A stretch of 64,000 bases of DNA, taken from contig MU054338.1 in the NCBI GenBank assembly GCA_013239625.1, forward strand, positions 1,118,001 to 1,182,000, written 5' to 3'. The position numbers were made by a program, and so were the translations under genes. This DNA is from Lama guanicoe. Lineage: Eukaryota. The notes under the pieces were generated by a model. The model worked only from the letters and a program-made list of their open reading frames with translations, did no database searches and was not told where the DNA came from. Shown here piece after piece: positions 25,976 through 38,984 of this stretch. Numbering within the stretch: the stretch's first letter is position 1; each line of letters starts with the position of its first letter.

Positions 25976-26594
25976 TTCCTGAAACCACGAGGTGGGAGGT
26001 GGCTGAGGCAATGCTAGTTCCATGCGCTGAAACCATGAGCTGAAAGTCACTCAGGGCCCCAAGCTCAGAAGGGGCCCCCTGCCCCATGCCCTACTGCTCT
26101 GTGCCCTGTGTCTTGGAATTCCTAACAACCCTTGAACCAGGGGGTCTGTATTTTCCTTTGGGGCTGGGATCTGCACATTAGGTGGCCAGTCCTGGTTCGG
26201 GGAGAGTACAGGGAGACCCAAGTTAAAGGTCTGGGACCCTGAGGCTGGTGGAGAAAAACTCCAAGGTGCAAGTTTGTCCTTGCCCCACCCAGAGGGGAGA
26301 GAGAGAGACCCAGCCAGGAAGTGGGTTCCTGACACGGGGAGGAAGGAAGTCGGGGGGGGGGCATCTGAAAATAGCACTGCTTGCCCAGCTGATTGGGGGT
26401 GAGGGCCGGGAGGGGAGATGGGACAGGAGTGAATAATGAGCGCCAGGAGGCAAGAGACTTTTCTAAGGAAGCCCCTCCCATGGAAGCCAGCATCCTCCTG
26501 CCATCTACACAGCCAGACCCAGCACCACCGCCCCACCTATTCACCTCGGGAGTTGGGTTTCCAAATAAAGAGGTGCAGGAGGACCACCCTGGGA

Positions 26595-26970
26595 GCTTAT
26601 TTTAGGGTTCTCCAGAGAAACGGAACCGATAAATATACAAGGACATAAATGGTACGATACTGCTATACAGACGTCTCATCAGGATTGTGGAGGCTAAAAT
26701 GTCCGGATCTGCCGTCTGCAAACTGGTGGCACAAGATACCCGGTGCTGCGGTGCTGCAAGTCCCAAGCCAAGAGCAGGAGGTGACTGATGTTCCCGCTGG
26801 CCATCAGGCTCATGGGACAAATTCTCCCTTCTTTTGCTTTGCTTTGTATTCAAGTCCAAAATGGACTGGTTGGTGCCTACTTTGGCGAGGGCCATCTGCT
26901 TTACAGAGCCCATCAATTCAAATGATCACCTTGCCTGAAATGCCCCCACAGACACATCTAGGAAGAATGT
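26595..26970. mobile_element. MLT2-like ERVL LTR fragment
   Basis: ttagggttctccagagaaac...gattgtggaggct...gagggccatctgctttac resembles recalled MLT2 sequence. Confidence 0.6.
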
Positions 26971-27844
26971 TTAAAAAAAAAAGAAGATATCAAAACAAAA
27001 GAAGATACAACGCACAGACTGTAACATGCACAAATGTGAACTGCAGAGCTTAGTGAAATGGCACTCATCCAAGCAAAACTGGGGAGACAGCAAAAAGATT
27101 GCTGGTGGCCAGGGGTTGGGGGAGGGAGGGGACAAGTAGGTGGGGCACAGAGGGGTTCAAGGCAGCGAAGAGACTCTTGTTAATACCCGATACCGTCATG
27201 GTAGATGCATCTTGCCACGAGTTTGTCCACACCCGCAGAATGCTCACCACCAAGAGCGAATCCCAGTGGGTTCATCCTGGTCACAAATGTGCCCCTCTGG
27301 TGGGGGACGTTGAGAGTTGGGGAGGCTGTGCATGGCGGGGAGGGGTAATGGGAAATCTCGGTACCTTCCGCTCGATGTTTCTAGGAACCTAAAACTGCTC
27401 TTAAAAATAGCACTTCAACATGCACACAAATGCATACACACCCGTGCACTGTGACCCACTTCTACGTCTACCTCAGAGGCTCCCCCTGCTCTGTCCCTGT
27501 CCCTCCCCTCCTGGAGGTTACCACTGCTTGACTTCCCATCTCCTCTGATGCATTTTGCTTGATTTTGTACCTTCTGCAGTCAGAGTCACACCACACATTG
27601 TCTCTGTGCTGGCTTTATCCACTCCAGTTCTCGGCTCCAGAGATCAAGGTGTGGGTGGGGCTGGTCCCCTCTGAGGCCTCGCTCCCTCCTGTGCAGAGGG
27701 CAGTCTTCTCCCTGCATCCTCACATGGGCGTCCCTCTGTGTGTGTGTGTCCTGATTTCCTTTTCCTCTAAGGACACCAGTCAGATGGGATTAGGGTCTAG
27801 AACTCATTTCACTCAGATTAACTCTGTAAAGACTGTCTCCACAT

Positions 27845-28116
27845 AGTAAACAATCTAATAGTTACTGTGGAGAAAGGAGGTGAGAAGGGATAATTTGGGA
27901 GTTTGAGATTCCCAAATATTAACTAGCATATAAAAATATAGATAAAAAGCAAATTTCTTCTGTTTAGCACAGGGAACTATATTCAAAATCTCATAAAAAC
28001 CTTTAATGACAAAGAATATGAAAACGAATACATGTATATATATGCATGACTAGGACATTGTGCTGTACACCAGAAATTGACACATTGTAACTGACTATAT
28101 ATCAATTTTTAAAAAA
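27845..28116 (+). mobile_element. L1 3' end inserted into an MLT1-like LTR (~27600-28215)
   Basis: L1 tail motifs flanked by the imperfect duplication aaagactgtctcca / aaagactctgcctcca. Confidence 0.7.
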
Positions 28117-28845
28117 GACTCTGCCTCCAACTACAGCCACATTCTGAAGTACAGGTGATGATTAGGGCTTCCACGGACGACACATTTGGGGGAATACAAT
28201 TCAGTCCGTAACAGGCGCCTATGCATTCAGGAATTGATTTGCTGAGTCACGGAATATACATGAGTTTAGATTTCGTCCAAACTGCCCAGTGGTTTACCAA
28301 AGTAGCCAAGCTCTCTGGTCCCTGGCTTTATTTCTTCCACGCGCCCCTGGTTTCTCCCAACTCCAACCTATGAGATCTTCCTGGTTTCAACACGCAGAGT
28401 CAGGTCCTGCCAGGAATGCTCTTCGCACAGAAAACTCATCATTTCAGGGTTCAGGGAAAGTGTCGCTTCTGCAAAGATGCCGTCCCCAACCACTCAGCTC
28501 ACCACGTTACCACCCACGTTGCAGTCCCCGTAGAGCACTTACTGTGACTATTGGAAATGGCCTCTTATTGTTTATTTTTTTTAATAGAGGTACGGGGAAT
28601 TGAACCCGGGACACCATTCATGGTAAGCACTCAGTCTACCTCTGCGCTCTCAGCTTTATTTTACTTCACCTGTCTCCTTCCGCTGCTTAGGAGCGCTCCT
28701 GGAGCAGGGACCAAGTCCGAGGCCTAGGAAAGAGCCTGGAGTATAGAAGCATTCCAACATCATGAGCCGTCAGGGAGATGCAGACCCGAAGTACAGTGAG
28801 GTGGCACCTCATGCCTGCCAGGATGGCTGCATTCAAAAAATAGAT

Positions 28846-28982
28846 GGGGGGGTATAGCTCAGCGGTAGGGTGCGTGCCTAGCAAGCACGAGGTCCTGGGT
28901 CCAATCCCCAATACTTCCATTAAATAACTAAATGAACCTAATTACCTCCTCCCAACCAAAAATAAAATAAAATAAAATAAAC
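28846..28982 (+). mobile_element. Vic-1-like SINE within an old L1 fragment
   Basis: gggtatagctcagcggtag...ggtccaatcccc...acctaattacctcc followed by an A-rich tail. Confidence 0.85.
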
Positions 28983-29299
28983 TCAAAGACAGATCATGAC
29001 AAGTGTTGGTGAGGGTGTGAAGAAATCAGAACTCCACACGCCGCAGGTGGTAATGTTAAATGGTGACTTGCCCTCAGCCCAAAAAGCCGCAGCGGACCCA
29101 GTGGGATCACTTACCTGGGTCCTCTGCAGAGCTGGACTTGGGTCGCGCCAGCAAAACTCAGTCATAGAGGTAACTACTATTTTATTGCAATATATTTAAA
29201 AATCAAAAGTAATGCAAAAAACGGTAGAGGAAATAACATTTTGAATAAGCATCAGTTTCCCCATCTGAGAAAGGAAAACAGTGAGAGCAGGACAGGAGG

Positions 29300-29720
29300 T
29301 CTCCCGGCAGCCAGGGTCCCCGCCTCGAATTGCGGGCGGGGCAATTCCGTTGGGGTGGGGTGCTTTGCCGCCCCCTCCCCGCCCCTTCCCCGCCCCCCAA
29401 GCTAGAGTCCGGGGCCTGGCAAGCCTGCGCGCGCGGAAAATGCGGAGGGCTCTCGGAGGACCCCCGAAGGCCCCGCCCCCGACCCGTCTATCACTCGCCG
29501 CGGCACACCTCTCGGCCAATCGGCCCCCGCCACCGCTGCCCAGGAGCCAATGAAAGCGGGCTTCTCGGGAGGGGGCGGGACGTGCAGCAAGTCGCTCTCC
29601 GCGTTCCTGGAGCCTTACGGAAGAAATGCGGCCTGGCGTTGGGACCCCCCAGCCCGGAGAACCCAGCAGTGGGGCGGGAGGACAAGGAGGCTCCCCCAGC
29701 CCTTGGCACGGGGGCTCGGC
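29300..29720. promoter_or_regulatory. Orphan promoter-like CpG island
   Basis: Two CCAAT boxes (29516, 29547), several GC boxes and E2F-like GCGCGGAAAA (29431-29440). Confidence 0.65.
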
Positions 29721-32607
29721 CTTCTGCAAGAGTTTCCCTATCTCCTTAAGTAGATTTCCCCCAGTCCGGGACGGTCCTCCGTTTTAGGGGAGGGGTCTGC
29801 CGCCCTGTAGATTCCCCCCAGAACCAGGGACTGGTTTCTTCCTTGTCCACGCTGGTCCCGTCTTCGCAACAATCTTAGGTCAGTAGGTGTTGTCATCATT
29901 CCCAAATTACACTTGGGGAAACTGAGACTCGGAGCCCCAAGACCCTTGCCCAAGATTCCCCACTATGATTAGCATATCTGCTTGGCTCCATTTGGGGCAG
30001 GAGTTTTAGACTAGGATACTTGGGGTGGATGATTCTTGGTTGTGGGGGCTGTGTTGTGTGCTGCGGGGTGTGCAGCTGCACCCCTGGCCTCACCCACTCG
30101 ATGCCAGCCACAACCCCCTCCCCCCGTCATGACAACCATAAATGTCCCCAGAAATTTACCAGCGTCCCCTGGGGAGTTGGCAGGGTCCCCCATGGGGGGG
30201 ACCCACTGGATTAGGGGATTCCAGGGACTCCCTAGGAGATGGTTCCATGACCTACTGAGGTCCTAGGATTCTGCACACATTTAAATATGCACCTGAGGGG
30301 AAGGGAGAGGCGATGACTCAGAGACGCTGGGGGTCGCCCTACTCTAGACCGTCTGACCTTCTGGGATTTATCGTGGTGTGTGTAGTGTGAGCAGGGATTC
30401 AGCTGAGTAGGATTCCATCCCCCCCCCCAATACTGCGGGGCTTCTTAACCTCGGCACTGCTGAAATCTGGGGCCGAGTCGTTCTCTGAGGCGGGGCCCTC
30501 CTGAGCCCCATGGGGTGTTGAGCAGCGTCCTTGGTGCCCACCCGCTCTATGCCGGGAAACTTCCCGACTTGTGACACCCACAGATGTACCCAGACATTGC
30601 AACTGTTGAAGGAGCAAGCGTGGTTGCGAACTGCTGCTCAGGGCCTAAAGCCAAATCCCCTGGGGGGCCCTTGGAAGCGCCAACGGCCCAGCCCAGATCC
30701 CAGTTTCTGATTCAGCAGGTCGGGAGTAGGGTCCAAAAATCCGCATTTCTGAAGGACCTCAGGTGCTACTGGTGTTGGGGATTCCGCTTGGAGAACCGCT
30801 ACTGTCGGGCGGTGCCGGCCTCGCTGCGACCTGCAGCCGGGCCCCTCCCTCCGAGTGTGGGGAGCCAGGAGCGGTGGGTGTGGGTGTTTCTTGGGAAGCG
30901 CTCATATAACTGCAGCTCCTCATCCGGCCTGAAGCCAGGGGTTCGGACCGTGCTGCCTTTAGTCGGTAGGTGGCGACAGTGCCCGCTTGATCTCGGAGGG
31001 TCGAGGAAGGGGTGCCGGGCTCCCCGGGGGCTGCGTGGGCCATCCGATCCCGCTCACCAGCACAACAGTAATCATGGTGTCCACTCAGGTGCACCCTGTT
31101 CTCACTCCCGGCCGGGCCATGGGGTTGTCACAGTAGACAAAACTTCCAGCCATCCTGGTGCGGTCGTTCTAGATAAGTAAGGTATCACCAGGTAGTGTAA
31201 GTGGGGAGAAGGCAATAAAAGAGTGGGCTAGGAGAGACTAGGAGATGGGGGCTCCTTTCTGGCCCCCACTCCCGCGTGGCCAGGGTTTGAGGAGGGTCAG
31301 TTAGACCATGCGCCTGGTGAGGTGCATTTCCAGCCCCCAGACATGGGAAGAGGTCATTCCATGGCAGCAAAACTCAGGGACAAATGTTCATGGTCTTCCC
31401 AGCTGTGCCAGGCCCGGTTTCAGGCCACGACAGAGCTGCGGTGGGTGGCTGCGCAGCAGGACCCTACCTTGATGTCGGGGGGAGGTGCCCGCGTAAACCT
31501 ACACCTAATGTAAAATAATCAAAAGGACACGGATGGGACCAAGAGAGCTGGGTGCCTAAGAGACGGCGTCTGTTTCCTCATCTTGAAAATGGGTTACTAG
31601 TGGTACGTTCTTACAGAGTTGTTGAAAGGACTATGTGAGACCATCAAAGAGTTTGGAATGGTGTCTGTTCCAAATAAGCCTTCAGGAGATGTTAACCGTG
31701 ATGAATTATTACCATTAACATCAGCATCTGAGGCCTGAGAAAGCAGAGAACCAGGTAGGTCATAATTGTGTGTAAACTAAGAGGTAAAGGGTTGTGAGCA
31801 AAGAGGTTGGGTTTTTGAATTTTGTGACATTTGAGTTTGCTTTTCGGAAACAAAATGTTTACCACCCTGGGGGGAAATTGCCAGATGACAGATGGTTGGG
31901 GTGTGTGTGTGTGAGAGACAGAGAGAGAGGGTCATGGAGTCCTCTTAGAGTCTGGGTGGGTAGGCAGGGATTCACTCACTGAGAGACCTGCTGGGGGCAG
32001 TGAAGTGTCCTAAAGCCTCTGGGAAGCCGCAGATGGCAGCTTTCCACTCCTTGTCAGACTCCAGCAGCCTTTCATCTGCCTTCCCTGGGCAGCTGAAGGG
32101 AATCCCCCCAGCCTACTTCCAGGAAGATCACCATAGAGGCGGGAAACACCTGGGGTCCGTCCAGCTGCCCGGGACAACCTCAGAAAGTCAACAGGATAAA
32201 CAGCCAGAAAAACACAAGCCACACAACTTGGCGCGAGGACTGTTGACTTTGGCCCCAGCCTAGTGGAGATAGGGGACACTTGGAGGGCAGCCTCTCTCCT
32301 CTCCAGGACTCTTTTGTTGATTGCCTTGCAGAGGTGGGAGAGCTTATGGCTGGCAGCCGACCTGAGCTTCTGTTCTGACTGACTCCAGGGTGCTTTCTGC
32401 TGCTATTAACCTTACAGCTGGGGAGCCAAGTCCATGGTTTTGCAACTTTTTGGTGCTGGACACAAATGTGCCACCGTGAGTTTTCTAGGTCACATTACTT
32501 GTGAGAGGTGCTGAATGATGAACAATGTCAAAACAAAAGGGACAGTACCAGTCGAGGCTGTTGGTTGATAAAAGACTGAAGCTGTGACTCAAATTAGCTT
32601 AAACTAA

Positions 32608-32612
32608 AAAAC

Positions 32613-32643
<31 letters not shown>
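32608..32643 (+). repeat. (AAAAC)n microsatellite
   Basis: About 7 AAAAC units. Confidence 0.9.
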
Positions 32644-33879
32644 GAGGATATTGATTCACGTATGGCTGGATCCAGGTGTTTAAACAGTGTTGTGGAGGCA
32701 CGACCTTTTTTTCTCTCGAGGATCTGTCCTCCTTGTTTTGACTTCATTCTCAGACAAGCTCAACTGTTAGTTGCTAACAGTGACTCCTAGCATCTCCAGG
32801 CTTCCACCCTGTGGCACAATGAGTGACTCTGCTTATATTTCAGATGAAGTCCCCGGTTGACTCTCACTGGTCCCACCTGAGTCACCTGTTTGTTCCTGAG
32901 CCAATCATTGTGGCCAGGGTGAGGGAACTTCCCTGACTGACGTGGCCAAGCTGATAGTGGAGTCCCTGGAACCACGTGGACTGAGAGTCGTGAGAGGAAC
33001 AGTCTCCCACAAACATCGGGGCACCAGGTCCAGAAGGCTGTGCTGGATCTGAAGTGGGTAGAACATAGACACCACTTATAGGTGCCTGGCCTCTGTGGGG
33101 CTTCCCATAAGGAGATGCCAATCCATTTCCATTCCCACCCCAATCCCAGTCCTAGAAACATAAGCACAGACAGCGCCTCTGTCTTGGATGCAGGACCAGT
33201 GTGGAGTACATGCTAGTGTAAGGAGGGATCCTGTTCTGCTCATCTGCTCATCTGTTGATGGACACTTAGGTTGCTTCTCATTCTGGGCTTTTGTGGGTAG
33301 AACTTCTACGAGCATCCATGTACTAGTATTTGAGTCCCTGTTCTAATTCCTTTGGGTGTGTATCTGGGAGTCAATGCCCTGCCTTCAGTTTCACCCTCTC
33401 GGCTGTATCCATGCCCGTGGCCGGGTGGTACCAGAGGAGAAGAGATGCCCCTTAGCCCAGCAAACAGCTGATCTGTGTTGTGCACCTTGCTCTGCCCACT
33501 CCCCACAGGCCTCCCCCTCCCGACTCAGCACTGCCCTTTGGATGCACAGAATTGATGCATGACTCGTTAGAAAGACTTAGCCGGTCTTTGCTGGTTTTCT
33601 TTCCCTAAGTGGAGTTATTCGTGTTGATGTAGAGGCTGCAACATGCGTCTACACAGACAGCCTGACAGCAGGGTCCCTGGGTAAGGGGACCACACAGGGG
33701 ACCCCTGGGTTGGGAGCCAGCCGGCCTCTCTCGGGTTGCAGAGAGAGGATTTCAGAAATCTTGTCTGTCCCTGTCCTGCAAGGAGATGAAGGCAGTGTGT
33801 GAACAAGAGGTAGGGAGAGAAAGGTCATTTCCTTTCTCTCTTTTATGTCTCTTTTTCCTTTTTCTGCACACCTGCCCCC

Positions 33880-34127
33880 TTAACGGAGGTACTGGGGATT
33901 GAAGCCAGGACCTTGTGCACGCCCAGCACCTAGTGTACCAGTGAGCTATATCCGCCCATCCCCTCCTGTGTTTTTATTGTTTTTTTGTTTTTTGGTTTCT
34001 TTTTCTGGGAGGGGAGGTAATTTAGTTTATTTACTTATTTATTTTTAGAGGAGGTGCTGGAGATTGAACCCAGGACCTTGTGCATGCTAGGCATGTGCTC
34101 TACCACTTGAGCTATACCCTCCCCCCC
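33880..34127 (-). mobile_element. Two tandem Vic-1-like SINEs
   Basis: ggaggtactggggattgaagccagg... and ggaggtgctggagattgaacccagg...gagctataccctccccc. Confidence 0.8.
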
Positions 34128-34129
34128 GT

Positions 34130-34755
34130 TTGTTTTTTTTTAAATGAATTTCACATAATATAAAATTAACCATTTAGAGAGTACAATTCAGTTTTATAGA
34201 CAGTACATCCACGATGTTGTTTAACCATCAACTCTGTCTATTTGCAGAACATTTTTATAACCCCAGAATATTTTTATAACCCATACCCCTTTGCAGGCAC
34301 TCCTCATCCTCTCCCCCAGCCCCTGGCCCTCACCACCTGCTTTCTGTCTCTATGGATGTGACTCCTCCAGGGACCTCCAGTGAGTGGGATCAGACACTGT
34401 GTGTCCTTCTGTGTCTGGTTCTCTCATTAAGCATCATATCTTCAAGGTTCATCCATGTTGTAGCAGGTGTCAGAATCTCCTTCGAATTCGTGGCTGAGTA
34501 ATATTCCATTGTATGGATGATCACATTCTGTTTATCCATCATCTGGTGATGAATACTTGAGTTGTTTCCACCCTTTGTCTATTGTGGATAATGCTGCTAT
34601 GAATGTTGAGTGTTCAAGTCCCCAATTGCCTCTCTCTCCCATATTTACCCAGAAGTGGAGTTGCTGGATTATAGGGTAATTCTATGTTTAACTTTTAGAA
34701 AAACTGCCAAAATGTTTTGCACAGCAACTGTACCATTCTATGTCCCTACCTGTAC
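34130..34755 (-). mobile_element. L1MB-like 3' end (AT-rich, near consensus)
   Basis: caaggttcatccatgttgtagca...ggctgagtaatattccattgtatggat...cccagaagtggagttgctgg. Confidence 0.8.
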
Positions 34756-35052
34756 ATGTTTTTGCATTTTGAGAAATTGAAGATAAGCAGAAACATATGC
34801 TGAAGAGATTCATTCTTTAGATGCAGAAAATCTAGGCATTGTTTTTAACAACTTGTCAAAGAGCATTTAAAAAAAGAATCAGCAAAACAGGGACTCTTGG
34901 CTAGCTTGAGTGGGACATCCAGGGATGGAAAGATGTCTTAAAAAAAAAGTTAAACTAAAACACATATTAATCTGCGTTTTTATTTAGAAAAGAGAAAAAG
35001 AGAGCGACCAGCTTCAAGCAGGATGTTTTCCCAGAGTGTCATTTGTTTGTTT

Positions 35053-35176
35053 TGGGGGGGAAGGTAATTAGGTTTACTTATTTGTTAGTTTTTTTTTAAT
35101 GGAGGTACTGGGGATTGAACCCAGGACCTCATGCACGCAAAGTATGTGCTCTACCACTGAGCTATACTTACCCCCA
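35053..35176 (-). mobile_element. Vic-1-like SINE
   Basis: ggtaattaggttt...ggaggtactggggattgaacccagg...ctctaccactgagctatac. Confidence 0.85.
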
Positions 35177-35775
35177 GCCACCCCCCACCCTGAGTGGTGT
35201 TGTATGCAGCAATAGATCAGGACACCAGGCGATGCTTTGCAAATTAAGAGGAGAAACACACGAGGTTGGACTCTAAGGGCCCTGCAGTGTTGAGGATCTG
35301 GGCTGCAGTGGGGACACCAGGAAGTGGGTTCTCCCCTCCAGCCACCGGTCCCAAGGTAGACATTTGATGGATTTTGGCAGGGGATTACTTGGTTCTTCCA
35401 GGAGGGGAGCAGGGAGAAAATAGAAAGATATGAATAAAATTTTCGCCCTTCAGAGTCCTTTTAGATCGGATACTAAGTCCTTGCTTAGCAATGGGGTCAA
35501 ACCAGGGTGTTCTTACCCCCGCACTGCGGACATGTGGGGAAGCTCTGTTTTGAGGGCATCCTGTGCATTGTACGGTGTTGAGTAGCATTCCCTGGCCTCT
35601 GGGTCTGGATGCCAGGAGCACCCCCAGTCCTAACAATCACGAATACCCCCAGACATTGCCCAGTGTCCCCTGGGGGTGGGGGGACAAACTGCCCCTGGTT
35701 GAGACCCTCTGGGTTAAACCTGTGTAACTAGAATGAATAACTGGATTTGCTCATAAAATTAGCATATTTTGCCTG

Positions 35776-36578
35776 TGTTGATGGAAAATGAATCACTCAA
35801 GTCAATCTAAGAAAGAAATGGGAAATTTTATTCAAGCCAAATTTGAGGATTATAACCTGGGAAGAGCATCTCTGCTATGAGGACTGTTCCATCCATTGGA
35901 AATCAAGGCACAGGGGATGGGGGTATGGCTCAGTGGTTGAGCGCATGTTTGGCATGCAGGAGGTCCTGAGTTCAATCCCCAGTTCCTCTATTAAAAAAAA
36001 ATATATATATATATAGGTATATATATATATAAATAAAATAAATCATGCTCAACACAAAGTATAGGACCTACACAGTACTAACAACTATTTGAAAAAAATG
36101 GAGTTGGGGTTTTCTTGGGCATGAAACACCCTGTCCTCCTTGCTTGGCCCTCAATAAACTTTTGGGGTGTGGGTAACTCTCAGTGGTAGAGCACATGCTT
36201 AGCATGCAGGAGGCCCTGAGTTCAATCCCCCATCCCTCCATTAAAAAATAAATAAAGGCACAGTTTAAATGGTTTTTTGAGACAGAGGGCTGAACATCAA
36301 ATGATATATTGTTGACAGTTTACATAATCCAGACCTAAGGGTCATCCTAGTCACGTAACCCCCTTACAAGCTCTAGAAGAAATGTTATCTTTTAAGGAGC
36401 TGTCTTGCTGATGCTCAGAGACAATGGCTGTTTATGGTTGAGCAGGTATTCCGGCCATGGGGGAGATTCAGCTGATGCATGTGCAGATACACAGTAGCAC
36501 AGAGCGGGGAGGAGAGGTCAAAGGGCAGAGAATTATGTTTAAATTTTTATCTTGCCATAAAATATTGATTCCATTTCA
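35776..36578 (-). mobile_element. Solo LTR-like element interrupted by a composite SINE insertion (35914-36254)
   Basis: TG...CA termini (tgttgatgg ... ccatttca) and minus-strand AATAAA near 35827; the two halves join across the AAGGCACAG duplication. Family not identified. Confidence 0.55.
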
Positions 36579-36799
36579 CTTCTGGGAGACTCACAATATC
36601 TCCTTCGCCTACTGTACAGATAGAAAAATGAGGCTGGAGTTGGCTGGGACCCCAGACCGTCACTGGAACCAGATTGCATCTAGTTCTCTGGAGACACCCC
36701 CTCCGGATGAGCCACGTGGCAGCAGCAAACTGCACTCCGGGTCGTGTGCCCCCTGCCTCAGTACCTTCACTGCTGATTTCCCAAAGGCCCCAGGGCCGG

Positions 36800-37560
36800 A
36801 CTCCTCCCCGCCGCCCCATGGGTCTCGAACATTCAATTCAGCATTCGCCCCGCACTCCTGCCGGTCACGGGAACCGCTCTCAGGAAAGGGGCGGAGCGAG
36901 GCAGCGCGCGCGGCCTTCTGGGGATTGTAGTCCCGGTTCCGCCTCCGCCTCGTGCCGACCCCGCCCCGGGAACTACGCTCCCGGCGTGCCCCGCGGCGCC
37001 AGGCGGTGGCGGAGGCGGGGCAAGCTGGCCGGTTGCTAAGACTTGGAGAAGCGCAGCGCTCCCGCCTTCTCCTCAGGTGAGCGCACGACCCCGCGGTCTT
37101 GCGGTCTTGCGGCCCAGTCTCCCGCGGAGGGCGAGGGCGAGCGCGGGCAGGGGCGGGGGGCACGGCTCTGGGGGGCGCCTGCAGCGTGGAGCAAGGGGGC
37201 AGCCAGGCAGGGCTCGTGCGCGCCGCGGACAGGCGCGGGGAGAGGCGCCGTGTGCGCGTGCGCGCGCCCCTGCGGCCGGGGATTGAGACCCCGTGTCCCC
37301 GTCGCTTCCGGTGCGCCCCGCCGTGGGGTCATCGCGGCCAGCCCTCTGCTTCCGCGCTGTCGCCTGGACTGTCCGTGTAACGGCCTCCCGCCCGCTTTGG
37401 GTGGAAGGCCGCCAGTCTGTCTGGACGTCCTCCACGTCGATAGTCCTTCCTGAGCCTTAAGGAAAGTGAGTTTTCAGGGCCTGGCCTCGCGTCTCTCCCG
37501 CAGCCGCATGCCCGAGGCCCTGTCGTGTCACGCGCCCGTAGGGTGGCCAGGGTCCGCAAG
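36800..37560 (+). promoter_or_regulatory. SCAMP4: SCAMP4/ADAT3 CpG-island promoter with ZNF143/THAP11-type ACTACA motif
   Basis: Minus-strand GGACTACAATCCCCAGAAGGC at ~36913-36933; degenerate second site AACTACGCTCCCGGCGTGC at 36971-36989; GC boxes. Confidence 0.8.
36990..37076 (+). other. SCAMP4: Non-coding exon 1 shared by SCAMP4 and ADAT3 (5' end approximate)
   Basis: CAG|GTGAGC donor at 37076/37077 in the CpG island; the shared first exon is known from the human locus. Confidence 0.75.
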
Positions 37561-38984
37561 TAAACTCGCAGGTTGCCCCGCTAAGTACGAATTCCGTGTG
37601 AACTGTATGTGTGCATACATACGTATTTTCGGAGCGGGCATAAGTACATCCCAGAGATGGCGTGGGCCACATTTATGCCGACAATTGTCTGCTCACCTGG
37701 AGCTGGAATTCAGCGGGGCGTCCTGTATGTTGTCTGGCGACCCCCACTCTATGGGGGAGCTCGCCCTTCAGTGGGGCCGAGTCCTGGAAACCGTATTTGA
37801 AACCTGGATGTGGGCGCCTCCAAGACTCCGGCACCGGCTGTTCCTTCTGCTTTGGGCTCCCTACCCTGCTCGTCCTGCCTTAGGCCCGGCCGTGGGTCAC
37901 CGCCTCTGAGGAGCCCTCCTGCCACAGTCAGGGCACAGGGCCCCTGAGGGGCTGTGCCCAGGGACAGTGCCAGGCCCCACGTGGGTATTCTCGCTTTCTG
38001 CCCCAGAGAGCCGTGCTGGACAGTGATGGATCCCATGTCCCAGAGGGGGAAGCTGGGGTCGGGGTTAGGACAGGGGTGGGACGCACCCAGGGCTGTGGTA
38101 AGGCCTCTCCTTCTGGTTGTCACCTGTAGAGCCTGACTCAGCTACCTGAATAAGCACCCTTTTCTTACTCCCTGCTGAGCTAACTTCTCCTGGGACCCCA
38201 GACCCACAGCCCCCGCTGCTGCAGGAGTCCCAGAGCACCCAGTGAGAGGACTGGCTCTTGAGGGTCTCCTTGGTCCCCCAGACCCTCCAGGGGACCCACG
38301 CATGGCACACGGCCCATGGAGCCCTTTCTGGCCCTGTCGGTGCGTGTGGCAGAGGCTACAATCACCAGTGTAAACAGTCCTGGGGAGGCGGCCCCTGCAC
38401 TGGAGCACAGGCACTTCTAGGCCATAGCGGTGGGCAGAGAGAGGTGCACAGGGCCCGCAAAGAGCACAGTGAGGATGTCGCGCAGTTGGGTGCCCAGAGC
38501 TGGCAGTGGATACGAGGCTCTGAGGACAAAAAGAGGAAGAGGCTGGCCTGGCTGCGCTTAGGCCCCTGGGGTGTTCAAGCATGTCTTGAGGCGTTGGCGC
38601 TGTCCAGGAAGGGGCCGCTGCTCCTTGTCTAGGGGGGCTGCCCTCTGCCACACTTGTTTCCGGTCTGTGGGCTCAGGACCCCCGTCCTGCGGGGCCCGGG
38701 GGCAGAGTCAGTGAGCTGTTGGCCACCTGGCCGCTGGGTTCGGTCCCAGCTCTGCCCCCTCCCTGACCCAGCCACGTGGCCCTGGGCAAGCCCCTTGGCT
38801 TAAGGAAAGGGGACAGTCCTGCAGTCTCCTTCCTGGGTCGTGGAGAGGAGTCAGGGAACCCATTCGTGGAAGCTCGAGGACGTGCCGGGGTTCCAGCACC
38901 ATCGTGAGGTACTGGTCCTGGTTGGGGGGTCTGCTGCCCTACCGACCACCAGGTGTCCTTCCTCCTCCCCTCAGCAGCAGCAGC

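Noticed and set aside
30584..31180. 198-aa ATG ORF with moderate CpG content
   Set aside because: Begins inside MER20/MER5-like relics; no domain similarity or splice structure.
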